This document shows, piece by piece, positions 8,273 to 18,800 of a DNA stretch of 64,000 bases (positions are counted from its first letter, which is position 1; the number at the start of each line of letters is the position of its first letter). The stretch spans positions 3,875 to 67,874 of the forward strand of contig JAYWCI010000134.1 in assembly GCA_043780895.1 (NCBI GenBank), in the 5' to 3' direction. The notes under the pieces were generated by a model. It searched no databases and was not told the origin of the DNA. It worked only from the letters and a program-made list of their open reading frames with translations. The DNA is from Kofleriaceae bacterium (lineage in GTDB: Bacteria; Myxococcota_A; Polyangia; Haliangiales; Haliangiaceae). A program made the translations under genes and the position numbers.

Positions 8273-10207
8273 ATGTCTCTGGCACGCCTCGTCGTGATCG
8301 AGGGTCCGGATGCGGGGCGCGAGTTCGAGCTCCCGCTTCGCGGCGGCGGCATCGGTCGTGGCGAGGGCAACCTGATCCAGCTCACCGATCCGACGGTGTC
8401 ACGCCAGCACGGGCTGATCGAGCTGCGCGATGGCGGGCTCGTGTGGATCGACGACAGCGGCAAGCCGCGCACGCTGATCAACGGCACTCCTCCGAGCGTC
8501 CATCGCCTCGAAGCCGGCGACGAAATCGTGCTCGGCGCGACCAAGATGGCGTTCTTGCCCGTCGATGGAATCGCCGTCACGAGGTCCTCGAGCCACGTCA
8601 CGATGGAGGTCTCGACCGCCGCGCTGTTCGCGCTCACCGGCCGCGATGATCGCGGGCTCCGGCATCTCGCTGCGATCGCGGAGCTCGGGCATCGCTTGCG
8701 TGCAGAGTCCGCCGCGGGTCGCGATGCCGTCGCACGCGCGGCATGTGATGCGGTGCGGACCGCGCTCGAGGCGCATCGCGCGTTCGTGTTGGCGGCGGGC
8801 CGTCGCCCTGCCCCGGTCGCGGCCGCGGTTGCGGCCGGCGATTCGCCACAGCTCCAGATCCCGCAGGACTTGATCGAGAAGGTCCTGCAGGGCGGCGTCG
8901 TCACCGCCGAGACCGGTACCGGCACCACGAAGCGTGCGGTGATCGCCGCGCCGATCCACGGCGGCGGTGACGAGATCGTCGCGGTGCTGTGGATCGATCG
9001 GATCGGCGCGCCGTGGCAAGAGGCCGATGCCCAGGCTGCGAGTTGTATCGCGCAACTCACTGGAGCCGCGTGGGTCGGCGCCGATACGCGCGATCAGCTC
9101 GCGCGCCGCGCGGACGCACTCGAGGAACAGCTCGAGGGTCCCGCGGGCCCCAAAGAGCTCGTCGGCCGCTCGGCTGCCACGCTCCGCGTGCTCGAGTTCG
9201 TCAGGCGCGTCGGCCCGAGCGATGCCACGATCCTGCTCGGAGGCGAATCGGGATCCGGCAAGGAGATGGTCGCGAGTGCGATCCATCGCGCATCGCGCCG
9301 CGTGAAGGGCCCGTTCGTCGCAGTCAACTGCGCCGCGCTGACCGAGTCGCTGATCGAGAGCGAGCTCTTCGGTCACGAGAAGGGCGCGTTCACCGGCGCG
9401 ACCGAAAAAAAGGCCGGCCGGTTCGAGATGGCCGACCGTGGCACGTTGTTCCTCGACGAGGTCGGCGAGCTCCCGCTCGGCCTCCAGACCAAGTTTCTGC
9501 GCGTGCTCGAGGAGCGGCGGTTCGAGCGCGTCGGCGGCCAGAAATCGATCGAGGTCGATGTTCGAGTTGTCGCCGCGACGAACCGCGACCTCGCCGAGAT
9601 GGTCAAGCGCGGCTCGTTCCGCGAGGACCTGTTCTATCGGCTCTCGGTCATCCACATCGACGTGCCACCGCTGCGCGAACGCCTCGACGACGTGCCGCTG
9701 CTCGCCGAGCACTTCCTCGCGCGCTTCCGCCACCAAGCCGGGCGCCGGATCACCGGGTTTGCCGCCGATGCGCTGGCCGTGATGAGCCGCTATGCGTGGC
9801 CCGGCAACGTGCGCGAGCTCCGCAACGCGGTCGAGCGCGCGATCGTCCTCGGCGACCGCGACACGATCCAGGCGGCGGACTTGCCGCCCCAGCTGCTGTC
9901 ACAAGGCTTGCCAACGCTGCGGAAGGCCTCGGCACCGACGCCGCCGCTCGGCTCCGCGATCACGCAGGTCGCGATCGCGCGGCCGCCTCTCGAGATCATC
10001 GACGTCCCGTTACTTCTGCCGGTCGTCACGCAACACACCACCGGGCCGCGCCCGCCGGTCGCGCGATCGCTGCGCGACCTCGAGAAGGAAGGCATCCTCG
10101 CCGCGCTCGCCGCCACGAATGGCAACAAGGCGCAGGCCGCGACGATCCTCGAGATCGATCGCTCGACGCTCTACAAGAAGCTGAAGGACTACAACATCGA
10201 GATCTAG
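8273..10207 (+). CDS. Sigma-54-dependent transcriptional activator with N-terminal FHA domain
   Basis: FHA domain ([20 protein letters not shown]), a central GAF-like region, an AAA+ domain with GESGSGKE and the GAFTGA loop, and a C-terminal Fis-type HTH (RSTLYKKLK). Confidence 0.9.
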   Translation: MSLARLVVIEGPDAGREFELPLRGGGIGRGEGNLIQLTDPTVSRQHGLIELRDGGLVWIDDSGKPRTLINGTPPSVHRLEAGDEIVLGATKMAFLPVDGIAVTRSSSHVTMEVSTAALFALTGRDDRGLRHLAAIAELGHRLRAESAAGRDAVARAACDAVRTALEAHRAFVLAAGRRPAPVAAAVAAGDSPQLQIPQDLIEKVLQGGVVTAETGTGTTKRAVIAAPIHGGGDEIVAVLWIDRIGAPWQEADAQAASCIAQLTGAAWVGADTRDQLARRADALEEQLEGPAGPKELVGRSAATLRVLEFVRRVGPSDATILLGGESGSGKEMVASAIHRASRRVKGPFVAVNCAALTESLIESELFGHEKGAFTGATEKKAGRFEMADRGTLFLDEVGELPLGLQTKFLRVLEERRFERVGGQKSIEVDVRVVAATNRDLAEMVKRGSFREDLFYRLSVIHIDVPPLRERLDDVPLLAEHFLARFRHQAGRRITGFAADALAVMSRYAWPGNVRELRNAVERAIVLGDRDTIQAADLPPQLLSQGLPTLRKASAPTPPLGSAITQVAIARPPLEIIDVPLLLPVVTQHTTGPRPPVARSLRDLEKEGILAALAATNGNKAQAATILEIDRSTLYKKLKDYNIEI

Positions 10208-10345
10208 CGATGCGAGTAGCCCGAGCCCGATCTGTCTTCTGGCCAGCTTCTGGCGATCAGGCTCGCCGCCGCACCCTGAATCTGACCTGAAGCATACAAA
10301 TATCTCTTCGACCGGCTTCGCAAGGGGCGTTCATGCCCCGGCTGG

Positions 10346-10531
10346 CTAGCGCGGGTTCTTGCGCGGGCGGCCGCGCTTACGCGGCGCATCGCTCTGGCCG
10401 AAGTCACCGTCTTCGGCGAAGTGCTCTGCCACCATATCGTCGACCGTGCTGTTCATCGCGTCACCGCGACGAATCTCTTCGCGCTCGAACTCGGCAAACG
10501 ACGTGTAGATACGCGGAATTCCTGATGACAT
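10346..10531 (-). CDS. Small acidic protein (61 aa) with C-terminal AT-hook-like RGRPRK motif
   Basis: ATG 10531 is preceded by AAGGAG 6 nt upstream. Protein: MSSGIPRIYTSFAEFEREEIRRGD...APRKRGRPRKNPR. It is divergent from parA. Confidence 0.5.
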   Translation of the reverse strand: MSSGIPRIYTSFAEFEREEIRRGDAMNSTVDDMVAEHFAEDGDFGQSDAPRKRGRPRKNPR

Positions 10532-10545
10532 TAGCGCTCCTTCAG

Positions 10546-10565
10546 AGGACATGCCCACATGTCCT
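10546..10565. promoter_or_regulatory. Perfect-arm palindrome AGGACATG-CCCA-CATGTCCT in the divergent region between the AT-hook gene and parA
   Basis: 8-bp arms at 10546-10553 and 10558-10565. It lies 15 nt upstream of the small-gene ATG. An unusually AT-rich stretch (AAATTTAAAAT) follows at about 10605-10616. Confidence 0.35.
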
Positions 10566-10645
10566 ACATCTGAGTACAAAGTACGCGACTCGGGAGTGAT
10601 GGGCCAAATTTAAAATCGTCATAGTCGCGTGTTACCCGCAATGCC

Positions 10646-11449
10646 ATGACCCGCATCGTGGCTGTGGCGAACCAGAAGGGTGGCGTCGGCAAGACGACCA
10701 CAGCGATCAACCTCGCCGCATCGGTCGCATCGCGCGGGCATCGCGTGTTGCTCGTCGATTTCGATCCGCAAGGCAACGCGTCGTCGGGGGTCGGGTATCC
10801 GCGCGACAAGGTCACGCTCACGGTCTACGACGCCCTGGTCGGCGAGGTCACCCTCGAAGACGTGATCCGGCCGACCGACATCCCCACGCTCTTTCTCGCT
10901 CCCGCGACGACGGATCTGGTCGGGGCCGAGATCGAGCTGATCGGGGCGGATTCGCGCGAGCGCTTCCTCGTCAATGCGCTCGCTCCGATCGAGAAGGACT
11001 ACGACTACATCTTCATCGACTGCCCGCCGTCACTCGGCATCCTCACGCTCAACGCGCTCGTCGCGGCGAACGCGGTCGTGGTCCCGATGCAGGCCGAGTA
11101 CTTCGCGCTCGAGGGTCTCTCGGCGCTCACCGCTACGATCGAGAAGGTCAAGGCGGCCTACAACCCGAACCTCAAGATCGATGGCGTGCTGTTCACGATG
11201 TTCGATGGCCGCATGAACCTCGCGAACCAGGTCCGCGATGAAGTCTCGAAGTACTTTGGCGCGAGCGTGTTCGAGACCACCATCCCGCGCAACGTCCGGC
11301 TCTCCGAGGCGCCGAGCTACGGCAAGCCGGTGATGCTCTACGATCTGCGCTGCCCCGGCACGAAGAGCTACCTCGCAGTCGCCGACGAGTTCATCCAGCG
11401 CACGTTCGTGAAGTCCGTCCCCGTCTCGAAAGGACAGCCCGCAGCGTGA
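10646..11449 (+). CDS. parA: Chromosome partitioning ATPase ParA/Soj
   Basis: Deviant Walker A KGGVGKTTTAINLA. 267 aa, immediately upstream of parB. Confidence 0.95.
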   Translation: MTRIVAVANQKGGVGKTTTAINLAASVASRGHRVLLVDFDPQGNASSGVGYPRDKVTLTVYDALVGEVTLEDVIRPTDIPTLFLAPATTDLVGAEIELIGADSRERFLVNALAPIEKDYDYIFIDCPPSLGILTLNALVAANAVVVPMQAEYFALEGLSALTATIEKVKAAYNPNLKIDGVLFTMFDGRMNLANQVRDEVSKYFGASVFETTIPRNVRLSEAPSYGKPVMLYDLRCPGTKSYLAVADEFIQRTFVKSVPVSKGQPAA

Positions 11450-12378
11450 TGACCACGGATCCGAAAAATAATCCGAACAAGCGCGGGCTCGGGCGCGGGC
11501 TCGGAGCGCTGTTGCCTTCGGCCGCGGCCTCCTTGCCGGCTCGCAGCTCCGCGAGCGAGAACAAGCAACGCACGTACTTTCTCGCCGGCATCGAGCAGCT
11601 CTACCCGAGCCCCGAGCAGCCGCGCCGCAAGTTCGACGAAGCCCAGCTCGCCGAGCTCGCCGAATCGATCCGCAACCACGGCGTGATCGCGCCGCTCGTC
11701 GTCCGGCCCCGGCCGCTGACCGAGGGCGGCACCGTCGATCAGCCCGGCTACTTCCTGATCGCGGGCGAGCGCCGATGGCGGGCCGCGCAGCGTGCCGGCC
11801 TGCATCAGGTCCCGGTCGTCGTTCAAGAGGTCGATACGAAGGGCGCGTTCGAGCGTGCGCTCGTCGATAACCTGCAGCGCGCGGATCTCGGGCCGCTCGA
11901 AGAGGCCACCGCGTTCCAACGCCTCGTCGACGAGTTCTCGATGTCGCACGAGCAGGTCGCCGAGCGCATCGGCAAGGACCGCAGCACGGTCGCGAACTCG
12001 ATCCGGTTGCTCAAGCTGCCGTTCCCCGTGCGCCAGCTCGTCGAAGAGCAGCGGCTCGGGATGGGTCATGCACGCGCCTTGCTCGGCCTCGACGACATGG
12101 ACGCGATCGAGCAAGCCGCGCGCACGGTCGTCGCGAAGGGCCTCTCGGTCCGCGCGACCGAAGATCTGGTCAAAAAGCTCCGTTCACCCGCGAAGGCCAA
12201 GCCGCGCAAGGCCGGGCCGCAGAAGACCGCTTCGGTCCGCGACCTCGAGGAGCGGCTGACGCGCACGCTCGGTGGGCCGGTCACGATCACCGAAGATGAA
12301 CCCGGCAAGGCCGGCCGGATCGAGGTCCGCTACCTGAGCCTCGATCATCTCGAGCGGCTGCTCGATCGTCTGCTCTGA
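11446..12378 (+). CDS. parB: Chromosome partitioning protein ParB/Spo0J
   Basis: ParB box GERRWRAAQRAGL and an HTH segment. The start is GTG 11446 (overlapping the parA stop) or ATG 11449. Confidence 0.95.
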   Translation: MMTTDPKNNPNKRGLGRGLGALLPSAAASLPARSSASENKQRTYFLAGIEQLYPSPEQPRRKFDEAQLAELAESIRNHGVIAPLVVRPRPLTEGGTVDQPGYFLIAGERRWRAAQRAGLHQVPVVVQEVDTKGAFERALVDNLQRADLGPLEEATAFQRLVDEFSMSHEQVAERIGKDRSTVANSIRLLKLPFPVRQLVEEQRLGMGHARALLGLDDMDAIEQAARTVVAKGLSVRATEDLVKKLRSPAKAKPRKAGPQKTASVRDLEERLTRTLGGPVTITEDEPGKAGRIEVRYLSLDHLERLLDRLL

Positions 12379-12451
12379 ACCTACAGGCAGCGCGCGGTCA
12401 CGCGTTTGTAATCGGCGGATCGGTTGCTCTCCGCCCTCGTCGAGCCGATAC

Positions 12452-13183
12452 TTGCGGCCGGTGTCGGAACGCGAGCATCCACGTATGCCGTACACGGTCC
12501 AAGTCGAGTTCCGTACGGCCTCGTCGTTCTTGGTCGCGTACTCGATCAACCTGTCGCGTGGCGGGTTGTTTCTCGAGACCGACGCCGAGGTCCCGACCGG
12601 CGCCACGATGACGCTCGACTTCTCGGTGCCGAACGCGGGCGTGACCTCGGTCAACGGCACGGTCGCCTGGCGGCGCGCGCTCGAAGAAGGCGCCGGGGGC
12701 CCGCCCGGCATCGGCATCGAGTTCCAGGACATCACGCCTCAGCTCGGCGCGCTGATCGATCGCCTCGCCGCTGGCTTTCGGGGCGTCCAGATCCTGCTCG
12801 TCTCCGGCGATCGGCAAGACCGCACGTCGCTCGCTCGCAACATCAAATCGATCTTCAGCACGGCCGAGATCACGCAGGCCGCCGACGCGAACGTCGCGAA
12901 CAGCGTGCTCACGCACGAAGTCGATGTCGCGATCGTCGATCTCGATTTCGATCTCGAAGGCGGCCTCGCGATCATCCGTGCGGCCAAGGCCCTCACGCCC
13001 CCGGTGCCCGTCGTCTCGCTGACCACGAACGTGGCGAATCGCGAGAAGGCCGTCGATGCCGGCACCGACGAGCTCTTGCAGAACCCACCGCCGTTCGCGG
13101 ATCTACAGGTCGTGCTCGTGCGTGCGCTCGGCAAACCACTCACCGTCGGTCGGATCGAATCCTCAGTCGGCGTCGACGTCTAG
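12452..13183 (+). CDS. PilZ-domain protein fused to a degenerate (pseudo-)receiver domain
   Basis: PilZ motifs REHPR (RxxxR) and NLSRGG (N.S..G). The C-terminal CheY-like fold keeps the Asp in IVDLDF but lacks the acidic DD pair and the conserved Lys (LQNPPPF). Start is TTG 12452 or GTG 12461. Confidence 0.75.
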   Translation: MRPVSEREHPRMPYTVQVEFRTASSFLVAYSINLSRGGLFLETDAEVPTGATMTLDFSVPNAGVTSVNGTVAWRRALEEGAGGPPGIGIEFQDITPQLGALIDRLAAGFRGVQILLVSGDRQDRTSLARNIKSIFSTAEITQAADANVANSVLTHEVDVAIVDLDFDLEGGLAIIRAAKALTPPVPVVSLTTNVANREKAVDAGTDELLQNPPPFADLQVVLVRALGKPLTVGRIESSVGVDV

Positions 13184-13192
13184 CGAGGCCAG

Positions 13193-14047
13193 CTAGCCGC
13201 GACGACGGCGCGCGGCTTCGACGGTGTTCTCGAGCAAGCACGCGATCGTCATCGGACCGACGCCACGGGGCACCGGCGTGATCGCGTGGGCGTGCTGGAT
13301 CGCCGACGCGAAGTGCACGTCGCCGACGAGCTTGCCCTCGGCCGTCCGGTTGATGCCGACATCGAGCACCGTCGCGCCCGGCTTGATCCAATCGCCAAGC
13401 ACCATCTCGGGCCGACCGATCGCGGCGACCACGATGTCCGCACGCCGAATCTCATCGGCGAGGTCACGCGTCTTCGAGTGGCACATCGTCACGGTCGCGT
13501 TCGCGTTCTGGAGCAACAGGGCGATCGGCTTGCCGACGAGCACGCTGCGACCAAGCACGATCGCGCGAAGGCCGCCCGGATCGACGCCAACTTCTCGGAG
13601 CAGGCGCATGCAGCCCTTCGGCGTGCATGGCACGAACACCGGCTTGCCCTGCGCGAGGTAGCCGAGGTTCGTCGGGTGCAGCCCATCGACGTCCTTGCCC
13701 GGGTCGAGCGCACGGATCACCGCATCGCTATCGAGGTGTGGCGGCAACGGCAGCTGGACGAGGATGCCGTCGACGATCGGATCGGCATTGAGCTCGGCGA
13801 CGAGCGCCATCAGCTCGGCCTGCGTCGTCGTCGCTGGCAGTTTATGATCGCGCACATCGACGTTCGCTTCACGCGCGGCCTTCGCCTTGGCTTTGACATA
13901 GACCGCGGAGGCGGGGTCATCACCGACGAGCACGACCGCGAGTGTCGGCACGATCTGCTCGTGCGTTCGCAGCGCCGCCGCGGCCGTCGCGACCTCACCG
14001 CGCAGCTTCGCGGAGATCGCCGTGCCGTCGATGATCTGACCGATCAC
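13193..14047 (-). CDS. folD: Bifunctional methylenetetrahydrofolate dehydrogenase/cyclohydrolase
   Basis: Full-length FolD-like protein (284 aa) with [18 protein letters not shown] and GRSVLVGKP motifs. The GTG start overlaps the upstream stop (GTGA). Confidence 0.95.
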   Translation of the reverse strand: MIGQIIDGTAISAKLRGEVATAAAALRTHEQIVPTLAVVLVGDDPASAVYVKAKAKAAREANVDVRDHKLPATTTQAELMALVAELNADPIVDGILVQLPLPPHLDSDAVIRALDPGKDVDGLHPTNLGYLAQGKPVFVPCTPKGCMRLLREVGVDPGGLRAIVLGRSVLVGKPIALLLQNANATVTMCHSKTRDLADEIRRADIVVAAIGRPEMVLGDWIKPGATVLDVGINRTAEGKLVGDVHFASAIQHAHAITPVPRGVGPMTIACLLENTVEAARRRRG

Positions 14048-14436
14048 GAGGAGCTCGTCGACGTCCCGCCGCCGCCCGAGCTCGAACCGCCGCCCGAACC
14101 CGAACCACTGCTGGTGCCCGACGCCGCAGCCGCGGGTGCCGCCGGCGTGGCGGGCGCCGCCGCGGTCGGAGCAACGGGTGCGGCCGCCGGCGCGTCGCTC
14201 GCGGGCGCAGCGGGTTTAGCATCGGCCGCGGGCGCCGCTGCACCCTCGGGCTTGGTCGACGCGTAGAGGTCCTTGTACCAACCGCCGCCCTTGAGGGCGA
14301 ACGCGGTGTGCGAGATGAGCTTCTCGAGCTCCGGCGCACCGCATGCTTCGCACACGGACTTGTCCGGATCGCTCATCCGCATCTGGTACTCGAAGGTACG
14401 ACCGCACTTTTTACACTGATATTCGTAGACCGGCAT
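14044..14436 (-). CDS. FmdB-family zinc-ribbon protein with Ala/Pro/Gly/Ser-rich tail
   Basis: [12 protein letters not shown]...CEACG is the classic FmdB CxxC..CxxC ribbon. The C-terminal ~65 aa are low complexity. Confidence 0.8.
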   Translation of the reverse strand: MPVYEYQCKKCGRTFEYQMRMSDPDKSVCEACGAPELEKLISHTAFALKGGGWYKDLYASTKPEGAAAPAADAKPAAPASDAPAAAPVAPTAAAPATPAAPAAAASGTSSGSGSGGGSSSGGGGTSTSSS

Positions 14437-14440
14437 TCGC

Positions 14441-15412
14441 TTACTTCTCCTCGACGAAACTAACAATGCGCACGCCTAGCTCGCCGTCAACGTCGACCAG
14501 CTCGCCCTGCCCGATCAGCGTGCCTGCGGCGCGAACTTCGAACGGGCCAGCGAGCGGACGCCCCAACGGAACGACCTCGCCCACCGCGAGCCCCATGACC
14601 TGACGCAGCGACATGGTTGCACTACCTACCCCGACGGTCAGCTCGATCCGTGCTTCGTCCGGGAGGCCCATTTCGCGCGCAACATACTCGGTGCAGGCCC
14701 GCGCGACCACGGGATCCGGCGTCGCCTCGACGCCAATCCGTCCCCCCAGGACGACGAGCTCGTTGGCGGTTTGCGTGCGCTCGAGGGTGACCACACTTCG
14801 GCGCTTCAACCGGGCGACATCCGCGCGCGCCAGCCAGCACCGCCCGACGATGATCGGGCAGTCGAGCAGCACGGCATCCGCCCAGCCCGGAATGCGAGGC
14901 CTCGGCGCGGCCAGGCCCACCGACGACGGAGCGGCCAGCTCGATCGTCCACGGAGTGCCTGCGAGAATCAGATCGAGGACGATCGGGCTCGGGCTCGGGC
15001 TCGGGCTCCGATCGACCGGCCAGACCTCGCCCGCGATCCCGAGATCCTCGACGGCCGCAGCAACGAGCATCGTCCACATCGCGACCTCGGCATTCGTCAG
15101 GGCGCGGGGTGCGGCGAGCTCTTCGGGCCCGCCCAGGAGCTGCTGCGCGAACCGACGCACGAACCCGCTCGCACCTCGCACCGCGATCGCGTGGCCGTTC
15201 ACTCGCACGGCGCACACCGCCGCGTTCGGATCATCCAGCGGCCCAGATCCGACCCGAACGTGGACCGGGCCGCCGACCAGCTTCTCGACCCGCGTGGCCC
15301 GTGGCGCGTGGCGCAACCAACGCGCGATGGCGTTGCCAGTCGCGACCTCGCTCTTCGTCACCTTCGGCCAACTGATCACACCCAAGTCTTCCGAAAAGTT
15401 GGGCCTTTCCAC
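14441..15412 (-). CDS. SctQ/FliN-family (SpoA domain) protein, orphan
   Basis: C-terminal SpoA-type segment ELTVGVGSATMSLRQVMGLAVGEVVPLGRPLAGPFEVRAAGTLIGQGELVDVDGELGVRIVS. The 323-aa size matches SctQ/YscQ-like proteins. GTG start. Its stop lies 4 nt before the fmdB-like start. Confidence 0.65.
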   Translation of the reverse strand: MERPNFSEDLGVISWPKVTKSEVATGNAIARWLRHAPRATRVEKLVGGPVHVRVGSGPLDDPNAAVCAVRVNGHAIAVRGASGFVRRFAQQLLGGPEELAAPRALTNAEVAMWTMLVAAAVEDLGIAGEVWPVDRSPSPSPSPIVLDLILAGTPWTIELAAPSSVGLAAPRPRIPGWADAVLLDCPIIVGRCWLARADVARLKRRSVVTLERTQTANELVVLGGRIGVEATPDPVVARACTEYVAREMGLPDEARIELTVGVGSATMSLRQVMGLAVGEVVPLGRPLAGPFEVRAAGTLIGQGELVDVDGELGVRIVSFVEEK

Positions 15413-15462
15413 AAGCCTGGTACGCTTTTATCCTACATCGTCCTACCAGGGGTGTTTTTCAA

Positions 15463-15825
15463 ATGCACGAGCGTCGACTTGGCTACCGGATCCCGTTCGA
15501 ATCGATGGTCACCTCCTACGTCCACGATCGGCCGATCCGCGCACTCGCGTCGAATCTGTCCGATACGGGCCTCAACATGTCGTCGATCGCGATGCTGGCG
15601 CCGCCTCCGGGCCTCGTCGTCGGTCTCGAGATCGATCTGCCCGGCACCGACGAATCGATCTGGGCGTCAGGTCAGATTTGCTATCGCAAGGATGATCGGA
15701 TGGCGTCGGGTCTCGGCGTGAAGTTCGTCGGCATGGCGAGGAGCCAGGCCCGCATGGTGCGCGATTTTTGTATCGAGAAGCGGCGCTCGCACCTCGGCTC
15801 GCTCCTGGCCCGCATCCGCGCGTAG
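15463..15825 (+). CDS. Single-domain PilZ protein
   Basis: RLGYR (RxxxR) and NLSDTG (N.S..G) motifs. 120 aa. Confidence 0.75.
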   Translation: MHERRLGYRIPFESMVTSYVHDRPIRALASNLSDTGLNMSSIAMLAPPPGLVVGLEIDLPGTDESIWASGQICYRKDDRMASGLGVKFVGMARSQARMVRDFCIEKRRSHLGSLLARIRA

Positions 15826-15839
15826 GTTATGCTTGCGGG

Positions 15840-18800
15840 GTGAGGCGCCTCCCCTTCTTGCTCGCGTGCGTGCTCGCGCTTGGCACGCCTCTCGTGGCAG
15901 GCGCTCAACCCGCGGACTGGGGCGCGACCCGCGATCAGTTCGACAAGAACGTGATCGCTCGCTACAAGGCGATCCTCGCGAAGAGCCCGCACGATGCGTC
16001 GGCACTCGCGAAGCTGCTCGAGATGTACCGGCGGTACCGCACCGTCGACCTCCTCAAAGAGGAGTATCAAAAGCAGATCGACAAGTCGGCGACCGATTGG
16101 TCGGCGCTCGTCGTCCTCGGCCGCTTGATGCACACGACCGGTGATGATCAGCGCGCCGCGGACCTGTGGCAGAAGGCCGCCGCGGTCAAAGATGACGACA
16201 CCGAGACGTGGCTCGGCCTCGGCGAGCTCGCGAAGGGCGCCGGTCACAATCCCGATGCACGCGCGGCGTACGACAAGGCCCTCGCGCACGCGACCGCGAA
16301 AGAGACCAAGAAGAAAGCGCTGCGCGCGCTCGCCGACCTCGCGCTCGCAACCGGCGACAACGACGGTGCGAACGCGTACTTCAAGCAATTCCTCGATCTC
16401 GATCCGACGAATGCCCAGCTGTGGATCGAACGTGGCGACGCGATGCTCGCCGCCGGCAAGCGTGACGTCGCGCTCGAGAGCTACACCGCCGCGGAGAAGT
16501 TGCTCGGCAGCGACCCTGCGCGTCACGTCGAGGTCATCGCGCGGCGCGGCCAGGCGCTCGAGGGCATCGGCAAGGACGACGAGGCGGTCATCGAGTATCG
16601 ACGCGCGATCAAGCTCGCGCCGAAGGGCTACTACCTCGAGGTCGAGCTTACCGGCCGGATCATCGATATCTACCGGCGCAAGCAGGCGCTCCCGGCCCTG
16701 CTCGCGCTCTACGAGAAGGAGTGGCCCGAAGGCGCGCGCGGCCACTTCGAATGGAACACGCTCGGCAAGCTCTACGAAGAGACCGGCGCGCAGGACAAGG
16801 CGATCGCCGCTCTCAAGCGCGCGGTCGCGAAATCGGCATTCGAGCTCGAGACCCAGCGTCGCTTGATCACGCTGCTCGAGAACTCCGGCCGCGACGACGA
16901 AGCGCTCGCGCAATACGAAGCAGTCGTCCGCGCAGCGCCCGGCGAGGCGCGGTTCCAGCTCGAGCTCGCCGAGCGCTACTGGCGGCGCGGCCAGGAGAAG
17001 AAGGCGCTCGAGACCCTGACCCGCCTCGAGGGCCGGTTCCCGAGCGACCCGGGCACGCTCGGCGCGATCGCGGACTTGTACACGCGCTTCGGGAAAGACG
17101 ACCTCGCGATCGTCGAGTACGAGCGGCTCGCGAAGCTCGAGCCCGAGGACATGAGTCACCTCGTGACGCTCGGCGAGCAGTACTACCAGAAGGGCGACAA
17201 GCCCAAGGCGATGGCGACATGGGCACGGATCATCGCGACCAAGAAGCCGGTCGCGTACGCCAAGCTCGGCGAGGTCCTCGCGGAGCACGGCGCCGCGTAC
17301 CAGACCGAGGCGCAGAAGAACTATGACAAGGCGATCGAGCTCGATCCCAAGAACCCCGATTTCTACAAAGGCCGCGCCGGGCTGTTCGAAGCGATGAAGG
17401 GTTCCGCGAGCTTCGCGAAGGCGCTCGCCGATTGGGACACCGTGCTGAGGCTACTCGGCACCAAGTCGACCGACCGGCTCGCGCGTCGCGATGCGCGCCG
17501 CCACATCGTGACGGTGATGTTGAAGGCCGGCATGGGCAACGTCGAGAACGAGCGCACGAAGCGCTGGAAGAGCGACTTCGCGAAGGCAGCACCCGCGAGC
17601 CAGGACACGCTCGACGCCGGCTACTTCCTCGTCGAGTACTTCAATCGCCCGGGCCACGCCCAGGATCGCGAGCCACGCGCGACGCTCGAGAAGCTCGTCG
17701 CGCTGGTGCCCGATGATCAGGACACCACGCTCGATCTCGTCAAGGCGTACCGCAACGCGCGCAAGTACGACGAAGCGGTCGCGCTCCTCCTCTCGCTCGC
17801 GAAAGCGGTGCCGAGCCGCGAGCGAGAGGTCTACAAGCAGATCAGCGAGATCAAGACCGACGCACGCAAGGACGACGAGGCGATCGAGTGGCAGCAGAAG
17901 GCGCTCGCGAAATCGCCGAATGATCCGTCGGCCTACGAGGGGCTCGGCGAGCGCTACGTCGAGATGCAACGCTTGCCCGAGGCGATCGCGGCGTACGAGA
18001 AGACCGTCCAGCTCGATCCGCGCAACTCCAAGGCCTCGTTCGCGCTCGCGCAGCTCTACGTCCAGACCGGCGCGCCGAGGAAGGCGACGGAGCTGTTGCG
18101 CAACGTGCTGCGCAACGACACCAACGAAGACGTGCTCGCCCGCGCCGGCGAGCAGGCGATCGATCTCGAGGAGATGACCGACACGCTCGGCGAGCTCGAG
18201 AAGGTGCTGTCGCCGCTCTCGTTCATGATGGCGCACAAGCCGGTGTATCGCCGCGTGCTCGTGCGGCTTTACCTGCGCTACGTGCCCCGGCTCGTCGAGC
18301 GCATCCATCACGGTAGCGACGAGATCAAGAAGTCGGCGCGCGCCGAGCTCGATCGCGTGGGTGCGCACGGCCTGCGCCCGCTCCTCGAGGCGCTGCGCGA
18401 CGAGAAAGACGTCAACCAGCAACGCATCGCGGTCCAGGTCCTCGGCCACCTCGGTAACAAGGGCGCGGCACCGCCGCTCGTCCACATGGCGCGGCAAGAG
18501 CCGACCAAAGATCAGCGCCGGATCGGCACGCTCGCCGAGACCCTCGACCGCGAGGTACGGGTCGACGCGCTCGTCGCCGCGGGCCGCCTCGGAGATCCGG
18601 GCGTGATCGACGACGTGATGCCGCTCATGGATCACCAGGAGCGCTCGATGCGCGAGGCCGCGACGTTCACGCTCGGTCGCTCGGGCGATCGGCGCGCAGT
18701 CGCGCCGCTGCTCAAGGCGCTCACCGATCGGCTCGATTCGGTCCGCGTGCTCGCGTGCCTTGGCCTCGCTCAGATCGACGATCCACGGGTCGGGCCGGCG

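Noticed and set aside
8239-9060. Upstream 274 codons of the 419-aa minus-strand ORF 7801..9060.
   Set aside because: They are antisense to the FHA/sigma-54 activator. The lipoprotein signal peptide MKRLARIFGLAAAC marks the real start at 8238.
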